A DNA stretch of 64,000 nt from Candidatus Altimarinota bacterium (lineage in GTDB: Bacteria > Patescibacteriota > Gracilibacteria > CAIRYL01): contig JBGSON010000004.1 in NCBI GenBank assembly GCA_041739085.1, positions 2,366 through 66,365 of the forward strand, written 5' to 3'. The translations under genes and the position numbers were made by a program. The notes under the pieces were generated by a model. That model did not search any database and was not told the DNA's origin. It worked only from the letters and a program-made list of their open reading frames with translations. Shown here piece by piece: positions 24,405 to 33,735 of the stretch (positions are counted from its first letter, which is position 1; each line of letters opens with the position of its first letter).

Positions 24405-24938
24405 CTATTGAGCCGGCAGAAGTTTGACAAAGACCGTTTTGTCCGGAGGAAGGGAGGAGGCATCAACGATGTATTCCTCAGTCGTGTCCACCTGAGTCGC
24501 CCCCATCTGGACGAGAAATTTTTCTGTGCCAGCTCCGACCGGGAGAACCGCTTTCGGATCGATCTCTTCCACCATCTTCTTGAGGAATGTGTTTGTTTCT
24601 CCTGTTTCCACAACAAGGACATCGATGTCTCCGAATACCTCCATCTCCTGTTCCGTAAGCTCTTTATCGAGGAGCGGGAGAAAAAGGACGCGGCCATCCT
24701 CTGTGAAGATCTTAGCCCCGAGGTTCTTATTCGGGAGGAGGAAAAGGTTGACGCCAACGCCTCCGTATTCATATTCTCCCGGCCAGGTCAGGAGATTCCC
24801 GCGGAGCGATATATCGCGGTCTTCTTTTGTGAAGATATTGAAAAGGAGAGACGGATCAGCGGATCCGGAATTGATGACAAATGTCCCTTTCTTGATCGAG
24901 CCGGCGAAAGCGAAGTCACCGAAATATGATAATTTCAT
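24405..24938 (-). CDS. hypothetical protein (His-free, faint resemblance to the N-terminus of MBL-fold UPF0173 proteins)
   Basis: 177 aa starting MKLSYFGDFAFAG, with no histidine at all, so it is not a functional metallo-beta-lactamase. Compact acidic protein. Confidence 0.55.
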   Translation of the reverse strand: MKLSYFGDFAFAGSIKKGTFVINSGSADPSLLFNIFTKEDRDISLRGNLLTWPGEYEYGGVGVNLFLLPNKNLGAKIFTEDGRVLFLPLLDKELTEQEMEVFGDIDVLVVETGETNTFLKKMVEEIDPKAVLPVGAGTEKFLVQMGATQVDTTEEYIVDASSLPPDKTVFVKLLPAQ

Positions 24939-25015
24939 AGAATCAAAAAGATGAAACAGGGAGAGTGTACAAGAAAATGAAACCCCATGGGAAGAGGACG
25001 ATGGGGAATTTGGAA

Positions 25016-26299
25016 TTACTCTTCGATCGACCGGCTGATCCGTGCCCCGACAGATTTCAGTTTTTCCTCGATCTTCTCGTATCCCCGGTGGATGTAATGG
25101 ATATTCGAGATCTCCGTTTCCCCTTCCGCAGCGAAGGCGGCGAGGAGCATGGCGGCGCCGGCTCTGATATCCTGACTGGCGACAGAGCTTCCGCGGAGAC
25201 GTGATTTCCCGTGGACGAGGAACTGGTGGGGATTCAGGAGCTGGACGTTCGCCCCCATTTTTTCGAGCTCGAGGAGATAGGCGAACTTCCGCTCAAAAAG
25301 CGTTTCAAAAATCTGCGAAGTCCCCGCGCACTGCGTGAGAAGAACGGCAAATTGCGGATGGAGATCCGTCGGGAATGCCGGGAACACCCCGGTCTGGAGC
25401 TTCACCGGCTGATAATCGCCGAGAGGAGGTTTTACGATCACGGTCCTATCCTCGGGGACGGACACGAAATTCACCCCTACCTCCTTCAGTTTTTGGAAGA
25501 AGGAGTCGAGATGATGCTCTTCAACATTCCGGATGATGAGTTCTCCGTTCGTCACCGCGGCGGCGAGAATAAATGTCCCCGCTTCGAGATAATCCGGAGT
25601 GATCTCCACGGAACCTCCGGAAAGATTTTTTGTTCCCCGTATGCGCAACGTGTGCGTTCCGATCCCGTCGATCTGTGCTCCGGCGGATACAAGAAACTCG
25701 CAGAGATTCTGGACATGGGGTTCGGACGCGGCCATGCGGATGATGGATTCTCCTTCGATGGAAGAAGCGAGCATGACGGCATTTTCCGTAGCCGTCACCG
25801 AAATTTCGGGGAGTACAAAAGTCGCGGGACGAAGCCCTTTCGGAGCACTGATGCTGATCATATCATGGGAATCGAGGATCTCCGCACCGAACGCCGTGAA
25901 CGCGGCGAGATGACTCCCGATCGGGCGTTTTCCGAGGACGCATCCTCCGGGGAACGGCATTTTTACTTCACCGAAACGCGCGAGGAGCGGAGCCAGGAGG
26001 AGAATGCTCGCGCGCATACTCTTGATCTTCGGATGAGAGAGTTCACCAGATTCAATCTTCACATTGTCAGAAGACAGCTGAATTCCGGATTCCAGCATCT
26101 CCATTTCCACTCCGATCGACTCGAGGATATCCATCATCGTTTCGACGTCTTCAATCTCCGGGACATTTCTGAGCTGAGAAACTCCGGTGATGAGAATACT
26201 CGCCGCGAGGATCGGAAGGGCCGCGTTTTTTGAACCGGAAATCTCGACCGCTCCCCGGAGAGGAACGCCTCCTTCGATGAAATATTTTTCTCTCATCAT
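25016..26299 (-). CDS. murA: UDP-N-acetylglucosamine 1-carboxyvinyltransferase
   Basis: 427 aa with VEISGSKNAALPILAASIL and the catalytic loop FPGGCVLGKRPIGSHL. Confidence 0.92.
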   Translation of the reverse strand: MMREKYFIEGGVPLRGAVEISGSKNAALPILAASILITGVSQLRNVPEIEDVETMMDILESIGVEMEMLESGIQLSSDNVKIESGELSHPKIKSMRASILLLAPLLARFGEVKMPFPGGCVLGKRPIGSHLAAFTAFGAEILDSHDMISISAPKGLRPATFVLPEISVTATENAVMLASSIEGESIIRMAASEPHVQNLCEFLVSAGAQIDGIGTHTLRIRGTKNLSGGSVEITPDYLEAGTFILAAAVTNGELIIRNVEEHHLDSFFQKLKEVGVNFVSVPEDRTVIVKPPLGDYQPVKLQTGVFPAFPTDLHPQFAVLLTQCAGTSQIFETLFERKFAYLLELEKMGANVQLLNPHQFLVHGKSRLRGSSVASQDIRAGAAMLLAAFAAEGETEISNIHYIHRGYEKIEEKLKSVGARISRSIEE

Positions 26300-27003
26300 G
26301 GGGCTGATTCTGATGTGGATTTATCATCGATCCTGTCTCCGTGATCCTGCTCCGGAGAAAGGGGCGCCGTTCCGTAGAGATTGTAGAGGAAGCCGTGGAG
26401 TATTTCGATGAGAAAGATCCCGAGCTGGATGACTATCCACGCGATGGGGAGTCCGAAGATGATGATAATGGAGTTATTGAGCGAAGCGAGGGCGAGGAGG
26501 CTGTATATTCCAAAAAGAAAACACCCGGAGACGATCACTCCGAGGAGCCCGGTGAGAGAATTCCTCCATCCGCTCATGATCTCGGCGATGAGCGCAGTCA
26601 TGAGTGCGGAACTCAGGAAATGTACGCTCGCGATGCTCAAATGCGCCTCCCGGGTAAGGAGATAGGAAGGAAGGAAAAAGAGAAAGAGGATAAACGTAAA
26701 GAGAAAGACTTGGAAGAGGAGACTCCTCGTTCGCGAATATTTTTCCCGCTCAAAGACCGTGAGGAGAAGGGAGACCATAAGATTTGAAGCCATGGTCCCG
26801 ATAAAGACCATCGCGAGCACCGCGACGAGCGTGATCGATGTCGTCAAATCGTCGGAGGCGATATCATTTGCACCGAGCTGGGCGAAGGTGAGCCCGAAAA
26901 GAACAAGGAGAGCGAGGATCATCCCGATGAGTCCTCCGGCAATGCCGGCAAAGAGCCTTAAGAGCAGTGATTTTATCGAAGGTGTTTGGACCATACGCGT
27001 CAC
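26296..27003 (-). CDS. hypothetical integral membrane protein
   Basis: 235 aa, about 6 TMs. Overlaps the murA start by 4 nt. GTG start, one of the few starts with a GGAG about 5 nt upstream. Confidence 0.6.
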   Translation of the reverse strand: MTRMVQTPSIKSLLLRLFAGIAGGLIGMILALLVLFGLTFAQLGANDIASDDLTTSITLVAVLAMVFIGTMASNLMVSLLLTVFEREKYSRTRSLLFQVFLFTFILFLFFLPSYLLTREAHLSIASVHFLSSALMTALIAEIMSGWRNSLTGLLGVIVSGCFLFGIYSLLALASLNNSIIIIFGLPIAWIVIQLGIFLIEILHGFLYNLYGTAPLSPEQDHGDRIDDKSTSESAP

Positions 27004-27056
27004 TTTTCTCCATCATGACAGAAAACAGGGAAAAAGGGAAGACGGGATCGGGAAGG

Positions 27057-27117
27057 ACAAAACACAAAAGACAAAAGAAAAAAGAACATCACTCTTTTCT
27101 GTTTTGTGCTTTTTCTT
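27057..27117. repeat. inverted pair of family-3 motifs (A-rich arm, 7-nt spacer, T-rich arm)
   Basis: acaaaacacaaaagacaaaagaaaaaaga / acatcac / tcttttctgttttgtgctttttctt. The right arm runs into the lspA stop codon. Confidence 0.6.
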
Positions 27118-27643
27118 AATTCTTAGCTCTCTCCCTTTTCTTCTTTCCAATCACCGGAACAGCATTCTTTTTTCGTGACGAGAGGAATTCTTTCACGAGA
27201 AAATATGCGACTCCGAGAAAGATGAACGTGTCAGCGAGGTTAAAAATCGGAAATCCGAAGCAATCGATGAAATCCGTCACTCTCCGAAAAACCGCCCGGT
27301 CCACGAGATTCCCCAGCGCTCCTCCATAGATGAGCGATGAGGCAAGAATATCCCAGCGCCTGACGGGAGATACGATGACAAAGTAATAGGTCAGTCCCCC
27401 GAGAAGGAGGAGTGAGAGGAGGATCTGTCCCCAGATCGGAAAGGGGATGGAGAGAGCGAGATTTTCATTAAAACTGAGACGGAACCTGAAAAAATTCCCG
27501 ATAAGAGGGATATCCCGGTCGGTGAGCGTGATCTCAGCCCAGAGTTTTGTGAGGCGGTCGAGCGAAAAAACGATCAATGAAAAGCCGCTCACATAGAAAA
27601 AAAGGACGAGTGATTTGAGATATGAAGGAGAAGTTTCTTTCAT
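27116..27643 (-). CDS. lspA: lipoprotein signal peptidase (signal peptidase II)
   Basis: 175 aa, 4 TMs, with GNLVDR and FNLADTFIFLG motifs. Confidence 0.85.
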   Translation of the reverse strand: MKETSPSYLKSLVLFFYVSGFSLIVFSLDRLTKLWAEITLTDRDIPLIGNFFRFRLSFNENLALSIPFPIWGQILLSLLLLGGLTYYFVIVSPVRRWDILASSLIYGGALGNLVDRAVFRRVTDFIDCFGFPIFNLADTFIFLGVAYFLVKEFLSSRKKNAVPVIGKKKRERAKN

Positions 27644-28296
27644 GAATGAGATGGAAAAGGAATGAGTTCGGAAAGAGAGCGGATGATATAATCCGCCTCT
27701 GTCAGGTCTTGGTCAGATCCCCTTTGAATGGCGACCGTAATGCATCCGGCGCCTTTCGCAGCGGTGATCCCGGAAGGAGAATCTTCGACGGCAATGCATT
27801 TCTCCGGAGAAAGACCAAGGCGCTCCGCTCCGAGTTGAAATGCATACGGATGAGGCTTTTCCCGGTCCGGGAGAAGGTCTTCTTTTGTGACAAAGCATTT
27901 GAAATAATCCGTGATATGAAGCCTGGATTCAAAAGCCTCAAGCCATGCCATAAATGAACCCGTGACGATCGCCCGCGGGATCAGTGTATTCGCCTTCAGA
28001 AAAGAAAGCGCATCCTCAAACCAGTCGACATCCTCTGAATGTTCGTGAAAATATTCCGGGATCCTTTCGAGATATTCCCGGAGATATTTTTCCGCTTCAT
28101 CCGGGCGGCCTTCATCCCTCCCCCATTCCCGAAAGATATCGAGGATAGACTTCCCCGGCTCTTTCCGTCCCGGGAAATACCCTTTTTCCCGGAAGAAAGA
28201 GATGAACGCTTTCTGATGGAGAGGTTCGGTATTTGCGAGAGTCCCGTCGAAATCGAAGAGAATGCCGGAGTATGGAGGAAGTCCCAGTAGGGTCAT
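27640..28296 (-). CDS. HAD-superfamily hydrolase (beta-phosphoglucomutase-like subfamily)
   Basis: ILFDFDGTLANTE (DxDxT), VTGS and AVEDSPSGITAAKGAG motifs. Confidence 0.8.
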   Translation of the reverse strand: MTLLGLPPYSGILFDFDGTLANTEPLHQKAFISFFREKGYFPGRKEPGKSILDIFREWGRDEGRPDEAEKYLREYLERIPEYFHEHSEDVDWFEDALSFLKANTLIPRAIVTGSFMAWLEAFESRLHITDYFKCFVTKEDLLPDREKPHPYAFQLGAERLGLSPEKCIAVEDSPSGITAAKGAGCITVAIQRGSDQDLTEADYIIRSLSELIPFPSHS

Positions 28297-28307
28297 GTGC
28301 GGAGATT

Positions 28308-28353
28308 ATAAAAGTACAAAGTGCAAAACACAAAGCACAAAAGAAAAAAGAAG
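28308..28353 (-). repeat. family-3 motif (A-rich on the plus strand) just upstream of the HAD gene
   Basis: ataaaagtacaaagtgcaaaacacaaagcacaaaagaaaaaagaagg. It is roughly the inverse of 28628-28660. Confidence 0.55.
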
Positions 28354-28361
28354 GGGCTGTC

Positions 28362-28619
28362 ATTCCGGCCTCCGAGCTGGAATCTCCAGTTGCCAGGGAA
28401 ATATCACAAAAGGGTATTGGTACCACTCACCTTTCTCCTGCACCAATCATGAACAGGGAGACCCCGGATCAAGTCCGGGGTGACAGAGAGCCCCTTGTCA
28501 TTCCGGCCCCCGAGCCGGAATCTCGAGATGTGCCAAAAGCTACCTGGAAAAATCATTGGCACCGCTGGTTTTTCTTTTTATGCGTAATGAAATTGGAGAC
28601 CCTGAAATAAATTCAGGGT
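28362..28619. repeat. cluster of four short palindromic hairpin elements
   Basis: attccggc-ctccga-gctggaat (28362-28383); accccgga-tcaag-tccggggt (28461-28481); attccggc-ccccga-gccggaat (28500-28521); accctgaa-ataaa-ttcagggt (28599-28619). The first and third sit in a direct repeat of about 45 nt (tgtcattccggcc.ccgagc.ggaatctc). Confidence 0.75.
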
Positions 28620-28627
28620 GGCAAAGG

Positions 28628-28660
28628 CTTCTTTTGTGTTTTTTCTTTTCTCTTTTTGTT
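28628..28660 (+). repeat. family-3 pyrimidine-tract motif upstream of leuS
   Basis: cttcttttgtgttttttcttttctctttttgtt, lying 30-60 nt upstream of ATG 28690. Confidence 0.55.
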
Positions 28661-28689
28661 AAAATCCCTTCGACCTTTTTCCGCATTGA

Positions 28690-31170
28690 ATGAAAGAAAC
28701 GTACAATCACACAGAGATCGAAGCGAAATGGCAAAAAGTCTGGCTCGATGGAAAAATATTCCGGGCGCCGGATGATTCCGCGAAGAAAAAATATTACGTC
28801 CTCGACATGTTCCCGTATCCTTCTTCCGCGGGGCTTCATGTGGGGCATCCCTTGGGCTACACCGCGACCGATATCATGTCCCGGTATCTCCGGATGAACG
28901 GGTATAATGTCCTCCATCCCATGGGGTGGGATGCGTTCGGTCTTCCCGCCGAGAATTACGCGATCAAGACAAAGGTCCATCCGGAAAAGAGCACGCTCGC
29001 GAGCATCACCACATTCACGCGGCAGATCCAGTCGCTCGGATTCAGCTACGACTGGGACAGGGAAGTGACCACATGTCTCCCCGATTATTACCGGTGGACG
29101 CAGTGGTTTTTTTCTTTCCTTTATAAAAACGGACTCGCGTACAGGAGAAAAGCTCCCGTGAACTGGTGTAATAGCTGCAACACCGTACTCGCGAACGAAC
29201 AGGTGGAGAACGGAAAATGCGAGAGATGCAAAAAGGATGTGATCCAGAAAGATCTCGAGCAGTGGTTTTTCCGCATCACGGATTTTATTGAAGATTCCGG
29301 AAATACAAACGGACTTTTGAGCGGGCTCGATACGATCGACTGGCCGGAATCCACGAAAATCTCGCAGCGGAACTGGATCGGGAAGAGTGAAGGCGCGGAA
29401 GTCGATTTTGAGATAGAAGGGCTCGATGAAAAAATCTCCGTATATACGACAAGACTTGATACGATCTTTTCCGGGACATTCCTTGTCGTCGCCCCCGAAA
29501 GCCCTCTCGTCATGCGGATCACGACTACGGATCAAAAAAAAGATGTTGAGGAATATGTCAAAAAAACCGCGCTCAAAACGGAACTGGAACGGCTCGAGCT
29601 CGAAAAAGAAAAAACAGGTGCTTTCACCGGTTCCTACGCATTGAATCCCGCAACGGGAGCAAAGATGCCGATCTGGATTTCGGATTTTGTCCTTGCGGGA
29701 TACGGCTCCGGAGCAGTTTTCGCGGACGCGCATGATGAACGCGATTTTGAGATGGCGAAGAAATTCGGGATCCCGTTAAAAATTTCACTCCGTCCGGAGA
29801 ACGATGAACTCTGGGAAAAAGTAAAGAATCTCGAAGTCTGCTATCCGGATGAAGGGACTCTCGTGAATTCCGGCGAGTTCGACGGACTCACTTCCGCTGA
29901 AGCGAGGACGAAGCTCTGCGACTGGCTCGGGAAAAAGGGAATGGCGAGGCCGAAGGTGAATTACAAACTCCGCGACTGGCTCGTTTCGCGACAGAGGTAT
30001 TGGGGCGCGCCGATCCCTGTTGTGTATGATGATGACAACAACCACTATCTCCTTCCGGATGATGAACTTCCCGTGCTCCTCCCTCATGATGTCGACTTTA
30101 TACCGACAGGGGAGTCGCCGCTCAGAAAATCAGTATCGTTCCATAATCCTGAGGACATGAAACGCATTGAAGAGAAACTGAAATCAAGCGGTGAGATGCC
30201 GAAGGAAAGACACCTGACGAGAAGAGAATCGGATACGATGGATACCTTTGTCTGCTCATCCTGGTATATGCTCCGGTTCATGGATCCGAAGAATCCGGCC
30301 GCGTTTGCATCGAAAGAACTCATGAAAAAATGGGGTCCCGTCGATCTCTACGTCGGAGGCGCCGAGCACACTGTGCTCCATCTCCTCTACGCGAGGTTTT
30401 TCACAAAAGCCCTCCATCGCTACGGATATCTCCCGTACGACGAACCGTTTGCGAAGCTCCGGCATCAGGGGATGATCCTCGCGGAAGACGGCCAGAAGAT
30501 GTCGAAGTCTCTCGGGAATGTCATCAATCCGGACGAGGTCGTCGAGAAATACGGAGCGGACACGCTCCGGTGCTACGAGATGTTCATGGGGCCGTTTGAC
30601 CAGAAAAAAGCGTGGTCGATGGGGGGGGTCGAGGGTGTGCGGAAATTCCTTGACCGGACATACCGCGTTTCACTGAAACCGATTGTTGCTGAAAAACCAG
30701 GAGACGACATCCTCGCAGTCCTCCACAAGACGGTGAAAATGGTGAAGGAGCACATTGAAGAACTGAGGTTCAATACAGCACTTTCGCAGATGATGATCCT
30801 CACGAACGAACTTACAAAACTCGAAAAAGTTCCACATTCGGTTCTCGAGACATTCATGCTCATTCTTTCTCCTTTCTCCCCACACCTTGCAGAGGAAATC
30901 TGGAACGGGGCCCTCGGGCACAAGGATTCGATCGCATTCGAATCCTGGCCGGAATATGACCCGAAATATCTCATCGAAGATGAAGTCACGTATGCCGTTC
31001 AGGTGAACGGGAAACTCAGGGGAGAGCTTATTATCGGGAGAGACGCGGAGAAGGAAGAAGTCTTAAGCCGCGCGAAAGAATTGGAAAACGTGAAGCGCCA
31101 TCTCGAAGGGAAAACCATCGTGAAGGAGGTTTTTGTTCCCGGAAAGATCGCAGGGTACGTCGTGAAGTGA
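28690..31170 (+). CDS. leuS: leucyl-tRNA synthetase
   Basis: 826 aa with a HIGH-type motif (GLHVGHPLGY), KMSKS (GQKMSKSLGN) and a CP1 editing insertion. Confidence 0.95.
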   Translation: MKETYNHTEIEAKWQKVWLDGKIFRAPDDSAKKKYYVLDMFPYPSSAGLHVGHPLGYTATDIMSRYLRMNGYNVLHPMGWDAFGLPAENYAIKTKVHPEKSTLASITTFTRQIQSLGFSYDWDREVTTCLPDYYRWTQWFFSFLYKNGLAYRRKAPVNWCNSCNTVLANEQVENGKCERCKKDVIQKDLEQWFFRITDFIEDSGNTNGLLSGLDTIDWPESTKISQRNWIGKSEGAEVDFEIEGLDEKISVYTTRLDTIFSGTFLVVAPESPLVMRITTTDQKKDVEEYVKKTALKTELERLELEKEKTGAFTGSYALNPATGAKMPIWISDFVLAGYGSGAVFADAHDERDFEMAKKFGIPLKISLRPENDELWEKVKNLEVCYPDEGTLVNSGEFDGLTSAEARTKLCDWLGKKGMARPKVNYKLRDWLVSRQRYWGAPIPVVYDDDNNHYLLPDDELPVLLPHDVDFIPTGESPLRKSVSFHNPEDMKRIEEKLKSSGEMPKERHLTRRESDTMDTFVCSSWYMLRFMDPKNPAAFASKELMKKWGPVDLYVGGAEHTVLHLLYARFFTKALHRYGYLPYDEPFAKLRHQGMILAEDGQKMSKSLGNVINPDEVVEKYGADTLRCYEMFMGPFDQKKAWSMGGVEGVRKFLDRTYRVSLKPIVAEKPGDDILAVLHKTVKMVKEHIEELRFNTALSQMMILTNELTKLEKVPHSVLETFMLILSPFSPHLAEEIWNGALGHKDSIAFESWPEYDPKYLIEDEVTYAVQVNGKLRGELIIGRDAEKEEVLSRAKELENVKRHLEGKTIVKEVFVPGKIAGYVVK

Positions 31171-31176
31171 AAGACA

Positions 31177-31204
31177 TTGACACAACTGGAATAATTCGTA
31201 TAAT
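31177..31204 (+). promoter_or_regulatory. consensus sigma70 promoter for the orphan gene at 31226
   Basis: TTGACA, 16 nt, TATAAT (both hexamers perfect). The -10 box ends 21 nt before the ATG. Confidence 0.55.
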
Positions 31205-31225
31205 CAATTCCTTTTTAAGTGCGGC

Positions 31226-32404
31226 ATGAAAAACATTTTCAAGGGATTGCTTCCAAAACGGGAACCAGAGAAAATCGGCTCCATTGAAGAGATTGACCCG
31301 GTTCTCCTCCGGTCCGCCGGAATGTTTCTCCATGCATCTCATAGACGAATTCTGCGAGGACAAGGTATTCACGGATCTGAAATGGTTACAGAGGAATCCA
31401 TGAATACTGATCTCCAGGAGGAGCTCATGGCGTTTCTTGAGCGGCGCGGCGCTTCTCAACCTCAAGTGGATTGGTTTTCTGCTCAGCTCGGGAGAGTAAA
31501 TAGTGTGCAGGGCTTCGCGGATTATTTACAGAGTACAGGAGAACAGATGCTTCTCGAGAGAAGCCCGATCGGGAGAATGAAAGAAGCGGTGGTGTCCTTA
31601 GGATCTACTCTCCATGACCGATGCATGACCGCTCTTGAGTCACATGCCGATGACTGTCTGGATTTTTGCGAGGCGGCATACCGTATGGAAGGAATGAAGG
31701 CCGTTACATTCCCGGACGAAGAACCCGATGGAATACGACTCCCGCCCGTGCCGGATCTCGAACTGCTGCGGCAGGAAATCATCTTCTGGCTGAGGAGTCT
31801 TGCGGATGAATGGGAGGAGAGAGAAACTCTTGGAGAACTCCGGAAAGAGCCGGTATCGAGAATGAGAGGCTCTCTTTCGATGGAAATGGAACATATTCTC
31901 CGGAAACACGAGGAGAATATTGAAAGGAGCGGAGCGAGCACGGAGTATCCTTCAGACAATATCCCGAAAGTACTCCGGCTCGCAAAATTTGTTACGCTTC
32001 TCAATGCCGAATCGATCTCGGAAAGAGTAAGGGGTTTTTTCTGGTTCCTCCTTCGATTTGTTCCGGATATTGATATTTCACTCCAGTCCGGTGATCCCGT
32101 CCTTATTCTCCGGCGCGGAGATAACTCCTCTACATGTGTCAAGATCACGGATACCGGTCCTGTCATACTCGATGTGACCGCGGGGAAGGAACAGGATTTT
32201 GGGGCGATCGTTCATGATGACATGGACTTTGTCGAACAGTATTGGTACCGGTTTATCCACTCCTCCCTCGACCGGGGATCCGGGGTCCTGACCCGAATGA
32301 TGAGGAGGGGCGCAGAAGCCGGCTCCGGTATCGGTTTTGTTCGAAACGGAGCGAGAGCGTTCCTCAAGGATTTATCTCTGAGCGAAATGCCGGAGAAACA
32401 ATAG
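31226..32404 (+). CDS. hypothetical protein (orphan, no TM or signal peptide)
   Basis: 392-aa ORF with protein-like composition and its own consensus promoter. No motif recognised. Confidence 0.6.
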   Translation: MKNIFKGLLPKREPEKIGSIEEIDPVLLRSAGMFLHASHRRILRGQGIHGSEMVTEESMNTDLQEELMAFLERRGASQPQVDWFSAQLGRVNSVQGFADYLQSTGEQMLLERSPIGRMKEAVVSLGSTLHDRCMTALESHADDCLDFCEAAYRMEGMKAVTFPDEEPDGIRLPPVPDLELLRQEIIFWLRSLADEWEERETLGELRKEPVSRMRGSLSMEMEHILRKHEENIERSGASTEYPSDNIPKVLRLAKFVTLLNAESISERVRGFFWFLLRFVPDIDISLQSGDPVLILRRGDNSSTCVKITDTGPVILDVTAGKEQDFGAIVHDDMDFVEQYWYRFIHSSLDRGSGVLTRMMRRGAEAGSGIGFVRNGARAFLKDLSLSEMPEKQ

Positions 32405-32539
32405 GCATGACCAAGCGAATCTTCAAAAGATTATTTCAAGATGAACAGAGGTGACTTTCCGCACATATTTCGATTGTTCCAGTTTTGCAGGAGTGATATA
32501 AGAGGATTGAACTGAAGAGTAGGAACTGTAAGAATAATA

Positions 32540-32568
32540 TTGACAAAAGCATAAATAAAGTTTATAAA
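32540..32568 (+). promoter_or_regulatory. near-consensus sigma70 promoter for the orphan gene at 32591
   Basis: TTGACA, 17 nt, TATAAA. The -10 box ends 22 nt before the ATG. Confidence 0.5.
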
Positions 32569-32590
32569 ATCCTTCATTTTATTTTTCCCC

Positions 32591-33652
32591 ATGGCTGACA
32601 AACTATCAAAGAGTGGACGAGAACCGATGAACAGAATTGAATCTGCGGTCCCGCTCAACAATCCTGATACCATACGGGAAGCCCGGCATCCCCTGATCCC
32701 GTTTCGCGTGTTTCATGCCCTGAGAGATGCGATCAGGAGTTTTATGCAAAAAAACATCAGGATCAGCAGGGCAGTTGATACGATTGACGCGAACCGTCTT
32801 GAACCTCTTTCTCCCGAACATGGAAAAGATATCATGCTGAGCGAATTCCAGACATTTCTCGCTCTTACTCATCCTGAGATCGAAGTCAAAGTCTGGGACG
32901 ACGCATTCGATCATCTCATCGGAGAAAACCCGGAGATCGCGACAGATGACCTCGTCGCACTTCAAAAAAGAGTGGATTTTGTTTGTCAGGAGGGTGATTC
33001 CAGCGCATATTTCCAGATAGGTGGCAATGGCGAAAGCGGATATTCCTTAATCCAGCAGGAAAAACCAGGAAAGACCGATGAGCCCGCGGAGGTCTCCGCT
33101 ATCCCGGACGATGTCCAAGATGCCTGGAAAGAATTCGGCGGATCATCTCTTTTTCAGGGGGGCTTTCTCGCCGAAGGTCGCGAGATGATTTTCTCCGGCA
33201 TCGATGGGATTCTCTCTCTCGTCCGCGAGTTTCAGGAAGCATTCCGTGGGATCGAGGATGGCAGGAGCGAAGGGCCTTCTCTCCGGGAGGCATTGGAACC
33301 ACTTCTGGAATCAATCCGGTCAATCCAGAGAAGAGTTAGGAATAATCCCGTGACCACATTCGCACTTCTTGTCGCTCTCGTCTCCGGAGGATACATCACT
33401 CTTGAGAAAGGAATGCCGGCACTGGACGGGTACATGAGAGCGAAAACGGAAGCATCAGTGAAAGCAGAGGCGAGAGAAATCGGAATGAAAGTCCCGGAAG
33501 GAAAACTCAGCGATGAAGAATTACAGAGGATGCTGTGGGCGATTCGAGATTATCGCGGGACATCACAGATTTTCTCGGACGAAGGACATGTCCGGCCGCC
33601 GGAGAAAAGGAGCGAACTGAAGCAAGATCAGGAAGAATCCGGAAATGAATAA
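32591..33652 (+). CDS. hypothetical protein with a single TM helix near the C-terminus
   Basis: 353 aa. Acidic soluble N-terminal part, TM at NPVTTFALLVALVSGGYITL, charged tail. No family recognised. Confidence 0.6.
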   Translation: MADKLSKSGREPMNRIESAVPLNNPDTIREARHPLIPFRVFHALRDAIRSFMQKNIRISRAVDTIDANRLEPLSPEHGKDIMLSEFQTFLALTHPEIEVKVWDDAFDHLIGENPEIATDDLVALQKRVDFVCQEGDSSAYFQIGGNGESGYSLIQQEKPGKTDEPAEVSAIPDDVQDAWKEFGGSSLFQGGFLAEGREMIFSGIDGILSLVREFQEAFRGIEDGRSEGPSLREALEPLLESIRSIQRRVRNNPVTTFALLVALVSGGYITLEKGMPALDGYMRAKTEASVKAEAREIGMKVPEGKLSDEELQRMLWAIRDYRGTSQIFSDEGHVRPPEKRSELKQDQEESGNE

Positions 33653-33659
33653 AAGAACG

Positions 33660-33680
33660 AAGGGCAATCTCCTTGCCTTT
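33660..33680 (+). terminator. weak hairpin downstream of the gene at 32591
   Basis: aagggcaa-tctcc-ttgccttt. The stem is 8 bp (one G-U) and the T residues are part of the stem, so this is a weak terminator candidate. Confidence 0.25.
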
Positions 33681-33735
33681 TCTCAGCGATTTCTCTAGGA
33701 TTTTGCGCGGATTTCATTCTCTCTGCATTCATCCT

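Noticed and set aside
28540-29733. 397-aa ORF on the minus strand, the longest 'hypothetical' in the ORF track.
   Set aside because: It lies entirely antisense to leuS, whose translation carries unmistakable HIGH and KMSKS motifs. Its own translation is Arg/Phe/Ile/Pro-rich with no motif. It is a typical shadow ORF.
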